Origin: Candidatus Latescibacterota bacterium
Lineage (GTDB): Bacteria > Latescibacterota > UBA2968 > UBA8231
Length of the DNA: 64,000 bases
NCBI GenBank assembly: GCA_965242865.1
Contig: CBDETK010000013.1
Location: forward strand, 1,696,001-1,760,000
Direction: 5' to 3'
Part shown: positions 46,691 through 56,301 of the stretch, one piece after another
Numbering within the stretch: the stretch's first letter is position 1
Layout: each line of letters starts with the position of its first letter
Position numbers and translations under genes: made by a program
The notes under the pieces: model-generated
What the model was told of the DNA's origin: nothing
The model's database searches: none
The model's input: only the letters and a program-made list of their open reading frames with translations

Positions 46691-47161
46691 TCAGGTGCCC
46701 GGGCGGAAGAAGGTGACCAAGCAGCCGCCCAATGCGGCCAAGACGATGCCGAGGACAAAGGGCCAGCGCACGGCCGCCCAGCCCCCGGCCGGCGGATGCA
46801 CGAGCGCGGCGACGACCGCGTTGACGATGGGCGCCCCGGCAAAGACGATGGACATGACCACGGCCGGCGTCCCCTTGGCACCAAAGGCGAGCAGGACGCC
46901 CAACGCGCCGATGGCACCGGCGATGCCGGCGACCGTGGACCAAAAGACGCCCTTGGCCGGGTAGAGCCAGTTCGCGCCATGGTAGGTGAGGACGATCAGC
47001 GAGCCAAAGACCGCGGCGAGCAAATAGGCCAAGCCGACGAAGAGGAAGGCTTTGTAGCGGCCGTTTACCGGGTCGGCCATGGCGAGCTGACCGGCGTGTA
47101 GCAGGACGCCGTAGAGGCCCCAGCTAGCCACGGTGAGGAGGGCAAAGACGAGCCAAGTCAT
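46691..47161 (-). CDS. Small 5-TM membrane protein (DMT/EamA half-like)
   Basis: SWGLYG, VMSIVFAGAPIVN; five hydrophobic helices. Confidence 0.8.
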   Translation of the reverse strand: MTWLVFALLTVASWGLYGVLLHAGQLAMADPVNGRYKAFLFVGLAYLLAAVFGSLIVLTYHGANWLYPAKGVFWSTVAGIAGAIGALGVLLAFGAKGTPAVVMSIVFAGAPIVNAVVAALVHPPAGGWAAVRWPFVLGIVLAALGGCLVTFFRPGT

Positions 47162-47237
47162 GGCGATAATCCTTTCGCTTGGGCGTTGCGCCCATAATGT
47201 GGTTAGGAGACTCGCTGCTGTCGAGAGGTCAGGAGAT

Positions 47238-47476
47238 CCCGCACCAGCCCGCGGTAAAACGCCCGTTTACCCCCGCCTTTGAGCGCATACAACACCCCTA
47301 AGGTTACGACCTCACTGGGATATAAGGACGCTTGCGGATGGTTGGGCACAGCAAGCTTATGATTGTCAATACGGTAGAACAGGGCTATTATAAACTCGGC
47401 CGTGGTTATCAGGACGCTCCGTAGCTGAAAGGGTGGATACTCTCAGCGTAGGAACTACCGGGACCACGGTCAACAT
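47238..47476 (-). mobile_element. Diverged 5' fragment of the IS982-like element
   Basis: Direct repeat of about 48118-48357 with scattered substitutions; the ATG is changed to ATA. Confidence 0.85.
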
Positions 47477-47480
47477 TGGT

Positions 47481-48378
47481 TATATAACTAATGGTGCTAG
47501 TGTTTTACAATCCGAACTCGGCAATAGACAACGGGACGAATCCGTTTTCATCGGGCTGCCTTCCATGCCACTGCACCAGCAGGTTGAAGGCGGCCATGGC
47601 AAAGCTGAGATGGGCAGTACAATACGCCCACGCCCGATGGGTCTGCTGCTTAAAGCGGGCGATTCGGGTGAGCATGGAAAAGACGGTCTCAATGAGCATC
47701 CGCTCGTTCCACGTGTTGCGAGGCCAGACTTTCAGATTGGCCGGATCGCCGGTTTTGGCATGAAAGCCTGGGTCGCTGAGCAGGATCATCTGCTGTTGGA
47801 AGCGTCGGATCATGGGATGAAAGACCGTATCGTGGACTTATGCCGTGTTCCAATCCCAATCCACGATCCGCCCCCACTGATTGACGATAACGCAGAGCTT
47901 GCCGCCGACTCGCCAGCGGTGATTGGAGAGCCCTTTCTTCCCGAGGGAGTGCTGTGCCCGACCCTGACGCACCGGATGGATCAACTCGATACCATAGCTG
48001 TCGACCACCCCCAACGTCGTCGGCTCGGCGCGGAAGCGGTCGGTCCAATCGGCATGGGCGGCGAAGAGGCGGAACAAGCGGGTGCGCGACGGCAGGCGCG
48101 GGAACCAAGCGTGCCAGTCCCGCACCAGCCCGCGGTAAAACGCCCGTTTACCCCCGCCTTTGAGCGCATACAACATCCCTAAGGTGACCACCTCACTGGG
48201 ATATAAGGACGCCTGCGGGTGTTTGGGCACATCAAGCTTATGATTGTCAATGCGGTAGAACAGGGCTATTATAAACTCGGCCGTGGTCATCGGAACGCTC
48301 CGGGGCTGAAAGGGTGGATACTCTCAGCGTAGGAACTACTTTGACCACGGTCAACATACTAGCACCATTAGTTATATA
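47481..48378 (-). mobile_element. IS982-like insertion sequence with perfect 21-bp terminal IR
   Basis: TATATAACTAATGGTGCTAGT at 47481-47501 and its reverse complement at 48358-48378. Confidence 0.85.
47505..48290 (-). pseudogene. IS982-like DDE transposase with in-frame TAA
   Basis: ORFs 47838-48290 and 47505-47813 share a frame (NTA*VHD); VDS, LSD.GF, RMLIETVFS motifs. Confidence 0.85.
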
Positions 48379-48465
48379 GCCGTCCTAAATGACTTGCAAG
48401 CATGGAATGTTCATCGGCACTGTTTTTTGTATAGAGGGGTCACTCCCGTGAAAACGGGAATCCAG
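48375..48465 (+). mobile_element. MITE-like element copy D (left TIR plus hairpin)
   Basis: TATAGCCGTCCTAAATGACTTGCAAGCATGGAATGTT...GTCACTCCCGTGAAAACGGGAATCCAG. Confidence 0.8.
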
Positions 48466-48545
48466 CCGGGACCGTTTGGACGCAAGGGACGACCACCAGA
48501 GTTTGCAGAGCAGACCGCTTTTACTACCCGACACCCGCTTTCCAC

Positions 48546-48593
48546 GGATCGAGGGCATCTTGCCCTCGTCGAGGGCGGGACGCCCTTGATCCC
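48546..48593. repeat. REP-like family 2 doublet
   Basis: Approximate reverse complement of 42293-42340. Confidence 0.8.
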
Positions 48594-48632
48594 GGGGCGT
48601 ACTCAAATAGGGGTCGCGTACTTAGGTTCCCC

Positions 48633-50939
48633 TCAGCGCAGCAGCAACATGCGCCGATGCACGGCCCATTCGCCCACATTGAGCCGATATATGTACACCC
48701 CGCTGGCCACTTCGCGGCCCAGGGCGTCGCGGCCGTCCCAACTGAGGCGGTGCTCGCCGGCCTGCTGGGTCTCGGGCCGGAGGACGCGCACGATTTGGCC
48801 CGCCAAGTTGTAGATGCTCAGGTGGGTCTCCTCGTCTGCGAGGCGGAACGGTATCAGGAAGGAGATCGCCGTGGACGCGTTGAAGGGATTGGGGGCGTTC
48901 TGGAGGAGCACCGGCCGGCTGCCTTGGGCATTCGGTTGGAGCTCGTAGGCCCGCTCTTCTACGACCACCAGCATGGCCTGACCCAACCGGGCAAAGTTGG
49001 CTAGCTCGGCCGGCTGATGGGCGCGGCCTTCGTATAGCTCCTTGGGCATGCTCGGCTGGTACGCGAGGTCAATCCACACTTCGTCCTGCAGCACGAAGTC
49101 GCGGCCCAACCAGTGGGTCGTCGGGCGGGCGTCGTGGATGTCGGTCGCTCCAAAAAAGTCGTCGGATTCTTCGAAAGCCAACTCACCCTCGCGCGGTTCG
49201 GGATTGACCTCGACGCCATCGTCCGGGGCAAACAGGGAGGTGCGCCGCGTCACCAGCCGATAGTCTAGGCCCAGCGTTAGGATGTCGTTGAGCAATTCCT
49301 GTTGCTCGCCAAAGCGGGCGATCTGCCCTTCGAGGGCCTGCACCTTCTGGTAGGCCCACAGCCGGGGAATCAAGGTGCCTGAGACATCGGTCTGGGTGAA
49401 CTCCAGCGGGAAGTCCAAGTTCACTGTCTCCTCCCCTACGTGGCCGGTCAAGTTCAACGAAGAGGTCCCGCCGCCTCGATAGCGGCCCACTTGGAACAGT
49501 TCGCGGCCGGCCGCTAGGGCCTCTACCCCACGCGGGTGGACGTCGTGGATTTCCACTTGGTCAAAGCTCAGTTCGTCGAGCAGCAAGACGGGAAAGACAA
49601 AGGATGCAAACAGCTCTTGGAGCGCGGCTTCAATATCGCCTTCTTCCGAAAGGAAAGACGCTTCGCCGCGGTGTTCCTCGGCCAAGCCGGCCAAAAATCC
49701 TTGGTCCACGTCCCGCCCCACGCCGATGGTGAAAAGGCGCGCTTGGCCGGCGGCCCACTCGCCGACCAACTCGCTCAAGGGCGTCAGCTCGACTTCGCCG
49801 AAGGTGGGCAGGCCGTCGGTGAGGAAGATGACGTGGTTGACCCGGCTGGCCGGGAAGGCTTGCTGCATGGCGCGGCCCAAGCCGGCTTCAAAATTGCTCA
49901 CCCCGAGCGCGTCTTGCTGGTTGATGAAGGCCGTGGCCGCCTTCTTATTGGCCGGGTCGGCGGGCACTGGGGCCGCGGCAAAGGAGTCGGCCCGGTGAGA
50001 GAAGACGACGATGTTGAACAAGTCCGCTGCGTCCAGCCCGTCAATGGCCACGGCGAGGGCGCCTTTGACGGCTTGGAGCTTGCCCCCCTGCATGCTCGAC
50101 GAGATGTCGATGACAAAGGTCAGGCTGCGCGGCAGGGGATCGCCTTGCGTCAACTCGGGTAGGGGCGGCAGCCACAGGGCGTAGTAGCCCAAGGTGTCGT
50201 TTTGTGGCGCAAAGCTGAGTACGGTCGGCTTGGGTTGGTCGTCGATCTGGCGGATGGTCAGGGTGAAGTCCTCGCGGGGCTTGATCTGCTCGTCGCCGAA
50301 GAAGATGCTGGCGTGGTGCGCGTCGGGCCGGTTTATGTCGGTGAGCCGCGGCAGCCCAGAGGTCGTCGCTTCAAAGGCGTGCTGGCTGCGTACTTGGGCC
50401 CGCAGCACGAACAGTTCCATTTGCAGGGGTTGGTCGGTTTCGGGGGCGAGCGGGAAGGTGTAGTTGAGGCGGCCGCTGCGGGCTTCGAGGAGCTGCATGT
50501 ATTCAAATTCGACGCGGCGGCTGCCGTTGGCCGGAAAGGGAAAGATGCTCAGGCGAAATTGGTTGGGGGCCAACTGCTCAATTAGGGCCGGGTCAATGCG
50601 TTGGGCCACGATGTCGTCGTAGGTCTGGCGCGCCAGTTCTTTTTCGAGGACGAGCCCCTGTATCCGCTTGTCGTCGATCCACAGCACCAGATCGGTGATG
50701 ATGGCCCCTTCGGGCAGGGTGAATTCGTAGATGCCTTCCACCTCCCATTCGGCGTGATTGGTGAAGATCTGGTCGGTGCGCGTACGGGAGATGCGCTCGT
50801 CGATCTGCACATCAACGGTGACCGAGGTCAGTTCGAGGTTTTGGCGGCCATCGTCGCCCACGCCGGTGTACACGTAGCCGATGCTGAGGGCGGGGAGGGG
50901 GGCCAGCAGAGCGAGGAGGAGGGTGAGTTGGGCTTTCAT
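48633..50939 (-). CDS. Secreted VIT-vWA protein with FlgD-Ig / T9SS type-A-CTD-like tail
   Basis: EGIYEFTLPEGA (VIT), MIDAS DISSS..FLTDG, QNAPNPFN..IYNLAGQ..WDGRD..GVYIYRL. Confidence 0.93.
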   Translation of the reverse strand: MKAQLTLLLALLAPLPALSIGYVYTGVGDDGRQNLELTSVTVDVQIDERISRTRTDQIFTNHAEWEVEGIYEFTLPEGAIITDLVLWIDDKRIQGLVLEKELARQTYDDIVAQRIDPALIEQLAPNQFRLSIFPFPANGSRRVEFEYMQLLEARSGRLNYTFPLAPETDQPLQMELFVLRAQVRSQHAFEATTSGLPRLTDINRPDAHHASIFFGDEQIKPREDFTLTIRQIDDQPKPTVLSFAPQNDTLGYYALWLPPLPELTQGDPLPRSLTFVIDISSSMQGGKLQAVKGALAVAIDGLDAADLFNIVVFSHRADSFAAAPVPADPANKKAATAFINQQDALGVSNFEAGLGRAMQQAFPASRVNHVIFLTDGLPTFGEVELTPLSELVGEWAAGQARLFTIGVGRDVDQGFLAGLAEEHRGEASFLSEEGDIEAALQELFASFVFPVLLLDELSFDQVEIHDVHPRGVEALAAGRELFQVGRYRGGGTSSLNLTGHVGEETVNLDFPLEFTQTDVSGTLIPRLWAYQKVQALEGQIARFGEQQELLNDILTLGLDYRLVTRRTSLFAPDDGVEVNPEPREGELAFEESDDFFGATDIHDARPTTHWLGRDFVLQDEVWIDLAYQPSMPKELYEGRAHQPAELANFARLGQAMLVVVEERAYELQPNAQGSRPVLLQNAPNPFNASTAISFLIPFRLADEETHLSIYNLAGQIVRVLRPETQQAGEHRLSWDGRDALGREVASGVYIYRLNVGEWAVHRRMLLLR

Positions 50940-50977
50940 GGTGGGGCCTTTCGGTGAAGGGGGACGGATGGGGTGGG

Positions 50978-52648
50978 TTAGTGGTGGACGGTGACGCCTC
51001 GTGCTTTTAGGGCGGGGATATGTTCGGTAAGGGCTCGGTCGCTGAGGGGGTTGTTCATCAATTGCAGGTATCTCAGATGGATCAACTCGGCTAACGGACT
51101 GACATCCTCAATCCGGTTGGTACTCAATCTCAGGTCTCTCAGATAGGTCAGCTTGGCTAACGGACTGACATCCTCAATCCGGTTGTTAGACAAGAACAGG
51201 CGTTGTAGGGTTTTTAGTTGGCTTATCGGGGTTAGATCGACGATCCGGTTGCCGCTCAGGTCTAGGTCGTACAGGTTTAGTTGGCTTATCGGGGTTAGAT
51301 CGACGATCCGGTTGCCGCCCAGAGCTAGGAATTGCAGGGTTTTTAGTTGGCTTATCGGGGTTAGATCGACGATCCGGTTGCCGCTCAGGTCTAGGTCGTA
51401 CAGATTTTTTAGTTGGCTTATCGGGGTTAGATCGACGATCCGGTTGCCGCTCAGGTCTAAGACGTACAGGTTTAGTTGGCTTATCGGGGTTGGGTCGACG
51501 ATCCGGTTGCCGCTCAGGTCTAAGGCGTACAGATTTTTTAGTTGGCTTATCGGAGTTAGATCGACGATCCGGTTGCCGCCAAGATCTAGGTATCGCAGGC
51601 TGTTTAGTTGGCTTATCGGGGTCAGGTCAACAAGCTGGTTGCCGTTCAGAATTAGGCGTTCCAGGTGGTTTAGTTGGCTTATCGGGGTCAGGTCAACAAG
51701 CTGGTTGTCGCTAAGCGATAGCGATCTTAGGTCTTTTAGTTGGCTTATCGGGGTCAGGTCAACAAGCTGGTTGTCGCTTAACTCTAGCCATGTTAGGGCC
51801 GCAAAGTACTCGATACCCGCCAAACTACGTATTTTACTGTTGGCCTGAAGATGGGTCCGAGAAGCAAAGTCCTCTGGTGTAAGGCGTCCTTTCGGTCGGC
51901 CTAGTCGCTCCCGCACCACGCGCTCCAGATTCGGATCGTCGAACCAAGAGACGCGGAGAATCACGCCTTCTTGCAGCCCCAGATTCCCCGCAAATATCTG
52001 CATTTTCAAGGGATAAGTTGCTCCGAGCGCGGCATCCGCTGGCGGCTGGGCCTGTTGCAGGTGCGCCACCAGCGTCTCTACGTCCTCTAGGCGATCCACT
52101 TCAATCGCCAAGGTCCGGGCATTGAACCGCACCGCCACGCGCCCGGCTTGGCCGTGCCACCGCGCCTTCAGAAAGGCGGCCACCGCTTCCCAGCCGATCC
52201 GCCGGATTTCCGCCACCGGCTCCAGCAGCAATTCAATGCTCGCGTCGATTTGCCAGTCTATGGACACGAGCCCTGCTGGCAGGTCGTCCCCTTCTTCAGG
52301 CTGGATCGTCAAGCGGAGGGCGTCTGCTTCGGGCCGCGTCCAAACCAGCGTCTCCCGCATCGCTCCAACCGGATCGACGCAGCGAATCGCCACCAAGCTG
52401 TCGGGCCGCTCTTGGTATTCCACCTGTAGGCCAGCCTGCGCGTCCCCCGCGTCATCGGCCAAGTGCAGCCACAGGCCGTGCGGATACTGCGGCGATTCAA
52501 TCAGCACGTGGCCGTCGGCATTGCTTTGCGCCTGCGCCCAGCCGGTGCTATCGACGCCGGCGGCAAAGAATAACTCGGTCTGTGCTGCTGCCGGAATGCT
52601 GGCCGCTAGCATCAGGAGCATTCCAAATCGAAGGATAGACAGGTACAT
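50978..52648 (-). CDS. Internalin-like LRR protein with unnamed N-terminal domain, paralog 1
   Basis: Signal peptide, FDDPNLE cap, about 12 LxxLxLxxNxIxDLTPISQ repeats of 21/22 aa. Confidence 0.93.
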   Translation of the reverse strand: MYLSILRFGMLLMLAASIPAAAQTELFFAAGVDSTGWAQAQSNADGHVLIESPQYPHGLWLHLADDAGDAQAGLQVEYQERPDSLVAIRCVDPVGAMRETLVWTRPEADALRLTIQPEEGDDLPAGLVSIDWQIDASIELLLEPVAEIRRIGWEAVAAFLKARWHGQAGRVAVRFNARTLAIEVDRLEDVETLVAHLQQAQPPADAALGATYPLKMQIFAGNLGLQEGVILRVSWFDDPNLERVVRERLGRPKGRLTPEDFASRTHLQANSKIRSLAGIEYFAALTWLELSDNQLVDLTPISQLKDLRSLSLSDNQLVDLTPISQLNHLERLILNGNQLVDLTPISQLNSLRYLDLGGNRIVDLTPISQLKNLYALDLSGNRIVDPTPISQLNLYVLDLSGNRIVDLTPISQLKNLYDLDLSGNRIVDLTPISQLKTLQFLALGGNRIVDLTPISQLNLYDLDLSGNRIVDLTPISQLKTLQRLFLSNNRIEDVSPLAKLTYLRDLRLSTNRIEDVSPLAELIHLRYLQLMNNPLSDRALTEHIPALKARGVTVHH

Positions 52649-52826
52649 GAAAAGGGTCCCTACTCGGTTTCCTCGTCCGCGACGTTTAACGTGGAGACGC
52701 GCCTTCCCGATCCATTATGTATGACGCTCTGCGAGCGCGTTTGATCTCTTTGGATAATACGATAAATGCGTAGGGATACCAAAATCAGCGCGGCCTTTCG
52801 CAGAAGCGGGACGGATGGGGGTGGGG

Positions 52827-54797
52827 TTAGTAGGAGACATGAGCACCTCGTGCTTCCAAGGCGGGGATATGCTCAGTGAGGGACTGGTAGCTGAGAGGGT
52901 TGTTAGTCAAGTTCACTCCGCCTTCACTTAGGCGGGTGTTGGCCATTAGGGGACTTATGTCTTCGATCCGGTTGTCATTCAGGTAAAGCACTCGCAAGTT
53001 GGTCAAGGTGGAAAGTGGGGTGACATCGGCAATCTGATTGTGCGCCAGATTCAAATTAAGCAGGTTGGTCAAGTCGGCAAGTGGGGTGACATCGGTAATC
53101 TGGTTACGCCATAAACTCAGCACAGACAAGTTGGTCAAGTCGGCAAGTGGGGTGACATCAGTAATCTGGTTGTCCTCCAGATATAGTTGTTCAAGGTTGG
53201 TCAAGGTGGAAAGTGGGGTGACATCGGCAATCTGATTGTGCGCCAGATTCAAATTAAGCAGGTTGGTCAAGTCGGCAAGTGGGGTGACATCGGTAATCTG
53301 GTTACGCCATAAACTCAGCACAGACAAGTTGGTCAAGTCGGCAAGTGGGGTGACATCAGTAATCTGATTGTAACCCAGTTGCAGAACTCCAAGGTTGGTC
53401 AAGGTCGCCAGCGGGCTGACATCGGCAACCCGATTGTTGAAAAGGCTTAGCGATTTAAGGTTGGTCAAGGCAGCAAGTGGGGTGACATCGGTAATCTGGT
53501 TGGCACCCAGAAGCAGCGATTCAAGGTTGGTCAAGGCAGCCAGCGGGCTTGCATCGGTAATCTGGTTGCTCCCTAGACGCAGCGATTCAAGGTTGGTCAA
53601 GGCAGCAAGTGGGGTGACATCAGTAATCTGGTTGGCACCCAGAAGCAGCGATTCAAGGTTGGTCAAGGCAGCAAGTGGGGTGACATCAGTAATCTGGTTG
53701 CCATCTAGAAGCAGCGATTTAAGGTTGGTCAAGGCAGCAAGTGGGGTGACATCAGTAATCTGGTTGAGAGTCAGTCTCAGCCATTCAAGGTTGGTTAAGT
53801 CGGCGAGTGGGCTCACATCGGCAATCTGGTTGAGATACAGACTCAGTGATTTAAGGTTGGTCAAAGTAGCGAGCGGGCTGACGTCAGTAATATAGCGGGT
53901 GGTTATACTCAAATCGTCCAAGGCCACAAAATGCTCGAGACCCGTCAAACTATGAACGGTACTATCGGAGATAGTGAGGCGGGTCAGAGAAGCGGCTTCC
54001 GGCAAGGTAATAGGCCCCTCCCTTCGGTTCAAAGCCTCCAATACTGACTTCTCCAGATTCGGGTCTTCAAATACCAAAACGAAAGAAGTGGAGAGGATAA
54101 TCGCGTCTTCTGGTAAAGCAAAGTCGCTCTTAAATAACTGTGCCTTCAGGAGTATCTGTAATGTGGAAGCGTTGATTGCTCCCCGTGAGGTCCTTGCTTG
54201 GTCTTGGAGGTAATTGACCAGTATTTCTATAGCCTCCGAGTGGCCCAGATCAATCGCCAAGGTCCGGGCATTGAACTGCACCGCCACTCGTCCTGCTTGA
54301 CTCTGCCAGCGCGCCTGCAAAAACGCCGCCACCGCTTCCCAGCCGATCAGCCGGGTCTCTTCCACGGGATCGAGCAGCGATTCAACACTCGCGTCGATTT
54401 GCCAGTCTATGGACGCGAGCCCCGCCGGCAGGTCGTCCCCTTCTTTCGGCTGGAGCGTCAAGCGGAGGGCGTCTGCTTCGGGCCGCGTCCAAACCAGCGT
54501 CTCCCGCAGCGCGCCAACCGGATCGACGCAGCGAATCGCCACTAAGCTGTCGGGCCGCTCTTGGTATTCCACTTGAAGGCCGGCGAGCGCGTCCCCCGCG
54601 TCATCGGCCAAGTGCAGCCACAGGCCGCGCGGATACTGCGGCGACTCAATCAGCACGTGGCCATCGGCATTGCTCCGCGCCTGCGCCCAGCCGGTGCTAT
54701 CGACGCCGGCGGCAAAGAATAACTCGGGCTGCGCTGCCGCGGGAACGCCGGCCGCCAGTATCAGGAGCATTCCAAATCGAAGGATCGCCATCGACAT
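52827..54797 (-). CDS. Internalin-like LRR protein, paralog 2
   Basis: N-terminal ~190 aa nearly identical to paralog 1; FEDPNLE cap; about 15 22-aa NQITDVTPL..LTNL repeats. Confidence 0.93.
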   Translation of the reverse strand: MSMAILRFGMLLILAAGVPAAAQPELFFAAGVDSTGWAQARSNADGHVLIESPQYPRGLWLHLADDAGDALAGLQVEYQERPDSLVAIRCVDPVGALRETLVWTRPEADALRLTLQPKEGDDLPAGLASIDWQIDASVESLLDPVEETRLIGWEAVAAFLQARWQSQAGRVAVQFNARTLAIDLGHSEAIEILVNYLQDQARTSRGAINASTLQILLKAQLFKSDFALPEDAIILSTSFVLVFEDPNLEKSVLEALNRREGPITLPEAASLTRLTISDSTVHSLTGLEHFVALDDLSITTRYITDVSPLATLTNLKSLSLYLNQIADVSPLADLTNLEWLRLTLNQITDVTPLAALTNLKSLLLDGNQITDVTPLAALTNLESLLLGANQITDVTPLAALTNLESLRLGSNQITDASPLAALTNLESLLLGANQITDVTPLAALTNLKSLSLFNNRVADVSPLATLTNLGVLQLGYNQITDVTPLADLTNLSVLSLWRNQITDVTPLADLTNLLNLNLAHNQIADVTPLSTLTNLEQLYLEDNQITDVTPLADLTNLSVLSLWRNQITDVTPLADLTNLLNLNLAHNQIADVTPLSTLTNLRVLYLNDNRIEDISPLMANTRLSEGGVNLTNNPLSYQSLTEHIPALEARGAHVSY

Positions 54798-54873
54798 GGG
54801 GAGATTCCTTTCAATGGACCCATCCGTCGCTGAGCAGCACGATGGGTTGGGGCCGTCCAAGCCCCAGCCTGCT

Positions 54874-56280
54874 TTAGGGCGTGTAGCGGTTCAGTTCCCG
54901 CTTCACCACCGGCGCTAGGAAGTACAGGCCCAACAGGTTGGGAATGGCGACCATGAAAATCAGGGCATCCGACAGTTCGATCAGGGTGCCGAGATTGATG
55001 CTGGACCCCACCACCACGAACAGGCAGTAGAACAGCTTGAAGCCCAAGTCCTTGGCGCGGCCCTCGCCGACGAGATAGGTGAACGCCTTGAGCCCATAGT
55101 AGGCCCAAGCGATCATCGTCGAGTACGCGAACAGCAGGGCCGCGACCGCTATCAGCACCGGCGACCACGAGATCGTTGAGGCGAACGCCCGGGTCGTCAA
55201 TTCAATGCCGCTCACCTCGCGGCCGACGAGGCCGGGTTCGTACACCGTGGTGATGATGACCAGTGCCGTCATGGTGCAGATCACCACCGTGTCGATAAAA
55301 GGCTCCAGCAGGGCGACGAACCCCTCGCTGACCGGCTTGGGCGTCTGCGCCGTAGAGTGCGCGATGGCCGCGCTGCCCAAGCCGGCTTCATTGGAGAACA
55401 CCGCCCGGCGAAAGCCGTGGATGAGCACGCCGAGGGCGCCGCCGGTCACGCCCTCGGGCGAGAACGCGCCGTTCCAGATGGCCAGTAGCGCGGCTGGCAC
55501 CCGGTCGGCATTGAGGCCGATGACGATCAGGGCGGCGACGACATAGAGCACCGCCATGGACGGCACTAACTTCGAGGTGGTGTTGGCGATGGACTTGATC
55601 CCCCCGACGATGACGACGCCGACCAGCCCCGCCAGCGCGACGCCGACCAGCCAAGCGTTGGCGGTCAAAAAGTCCATGTTTGCCATGTTGAGGAAGATGG
55701 CAGTCGCTTGGTTGGACTGGAACATGTTGCCGATGCCCATGCAGCCAATCGCGATGCTCGCCGCGGACGCGATCCCGAGCACTTTGCCGACCTTGGGCCA
55801 GCGTCGCTCGGCCAAACCGCGCTCCAAGTAGTACATCGGCCCGCCGGAGACCGACCCGTCGGGGTTGTCGCGGCGGTAGCGCACCCCGAGCGTACATTCG
55901 GCGAATTTGGTGGACATGCCGAGCAGCCCGGCCATGATCATCCAAAACGTGGCCCCGGGGCCGCCCAAGGAGATCGCCACCGCCACGTTGGCGATGTTGC
56001 CGATACCCACAGTCCCGGACACCGCTGTGGTGAGGGCCTGAAACTGGGAGATTTCCCCGGGATCGCCCGGTGTTTTGTAGCGGCCCGACAGGATGCGGAC
56101 GGCTTGAACAAAGCCGCGGATGTTGATGAAGCCCAAATAGACCGTGAAGAACAGCCCGCCCGCGACTAGCCAGCCGACGATGAGCGGCACCTCCGCGCCG
56201 AACAGCGGGACGCTGGCGAAGACGAGGGCCGACGCAAAGTCGGCGATGGGCTGAATAGCAGTGTCGATCTGTTGGTCCAT
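54874..56280 (-). CDS. Alanine/glycine:cation symporter (AGCS)
   Basis: GTVGIGNI, GGPGA.FWM, GGPMYYL, FSNEAGLGS. Confidence 0.95.
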   Translation of the reverse strand: MDQQIDTAIQPIADFASALVFASVPLFGAEVPLIVGWLVAGGLFFTVYLGFINIRGFVQAVRILSGRYKTPGDPGEISQFQALTTAVSGTVGIGNIANVAVAISLGGPGATFWMIMAGLLGMSTKFAECTLGVRYRRDNPDGSVSGGPMYYLERGLAERRWPKVGKVLGIASAASIAIGCMGIGNMFQSNQATAIFLNMANMDFLTANAWLVGVALAGLVGVVIVGGIKSIANTTSKLVPSMAVLYVVAALIVIGLNADRVPAALLAIWNGAFSPEGVTGGALGVLIHGFRRAVFSNEAGLGSAAIAHSTAQTPKPVSEGFVALLEPFIDTVVICTMTALVIITTVYEPGLVGREVSGIELTTRAFASTISWSPVLIAVAALLFAYSTMIAWAYYGLKAFTYLVGEGRAKDLGFKLFYCLFVVVGSSINLGTLIELSDALIFMVAIPNLLGLYFLAPVVKRELNRYTP

Positions 56281-56301
56281 GTTAAATCGCACTCCCCACT
56301 C

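Noticed and set aside
47433-48182. 249-aa plus-strand ORF
   Set aside because: Antisense to the IS982-like transposase pseudogene.
51150-53900. Regularly spaced near-identical DNA repeats resembling CRISPR
   Set aside because: 63/66-bp periods are in-frame LRR coding units.
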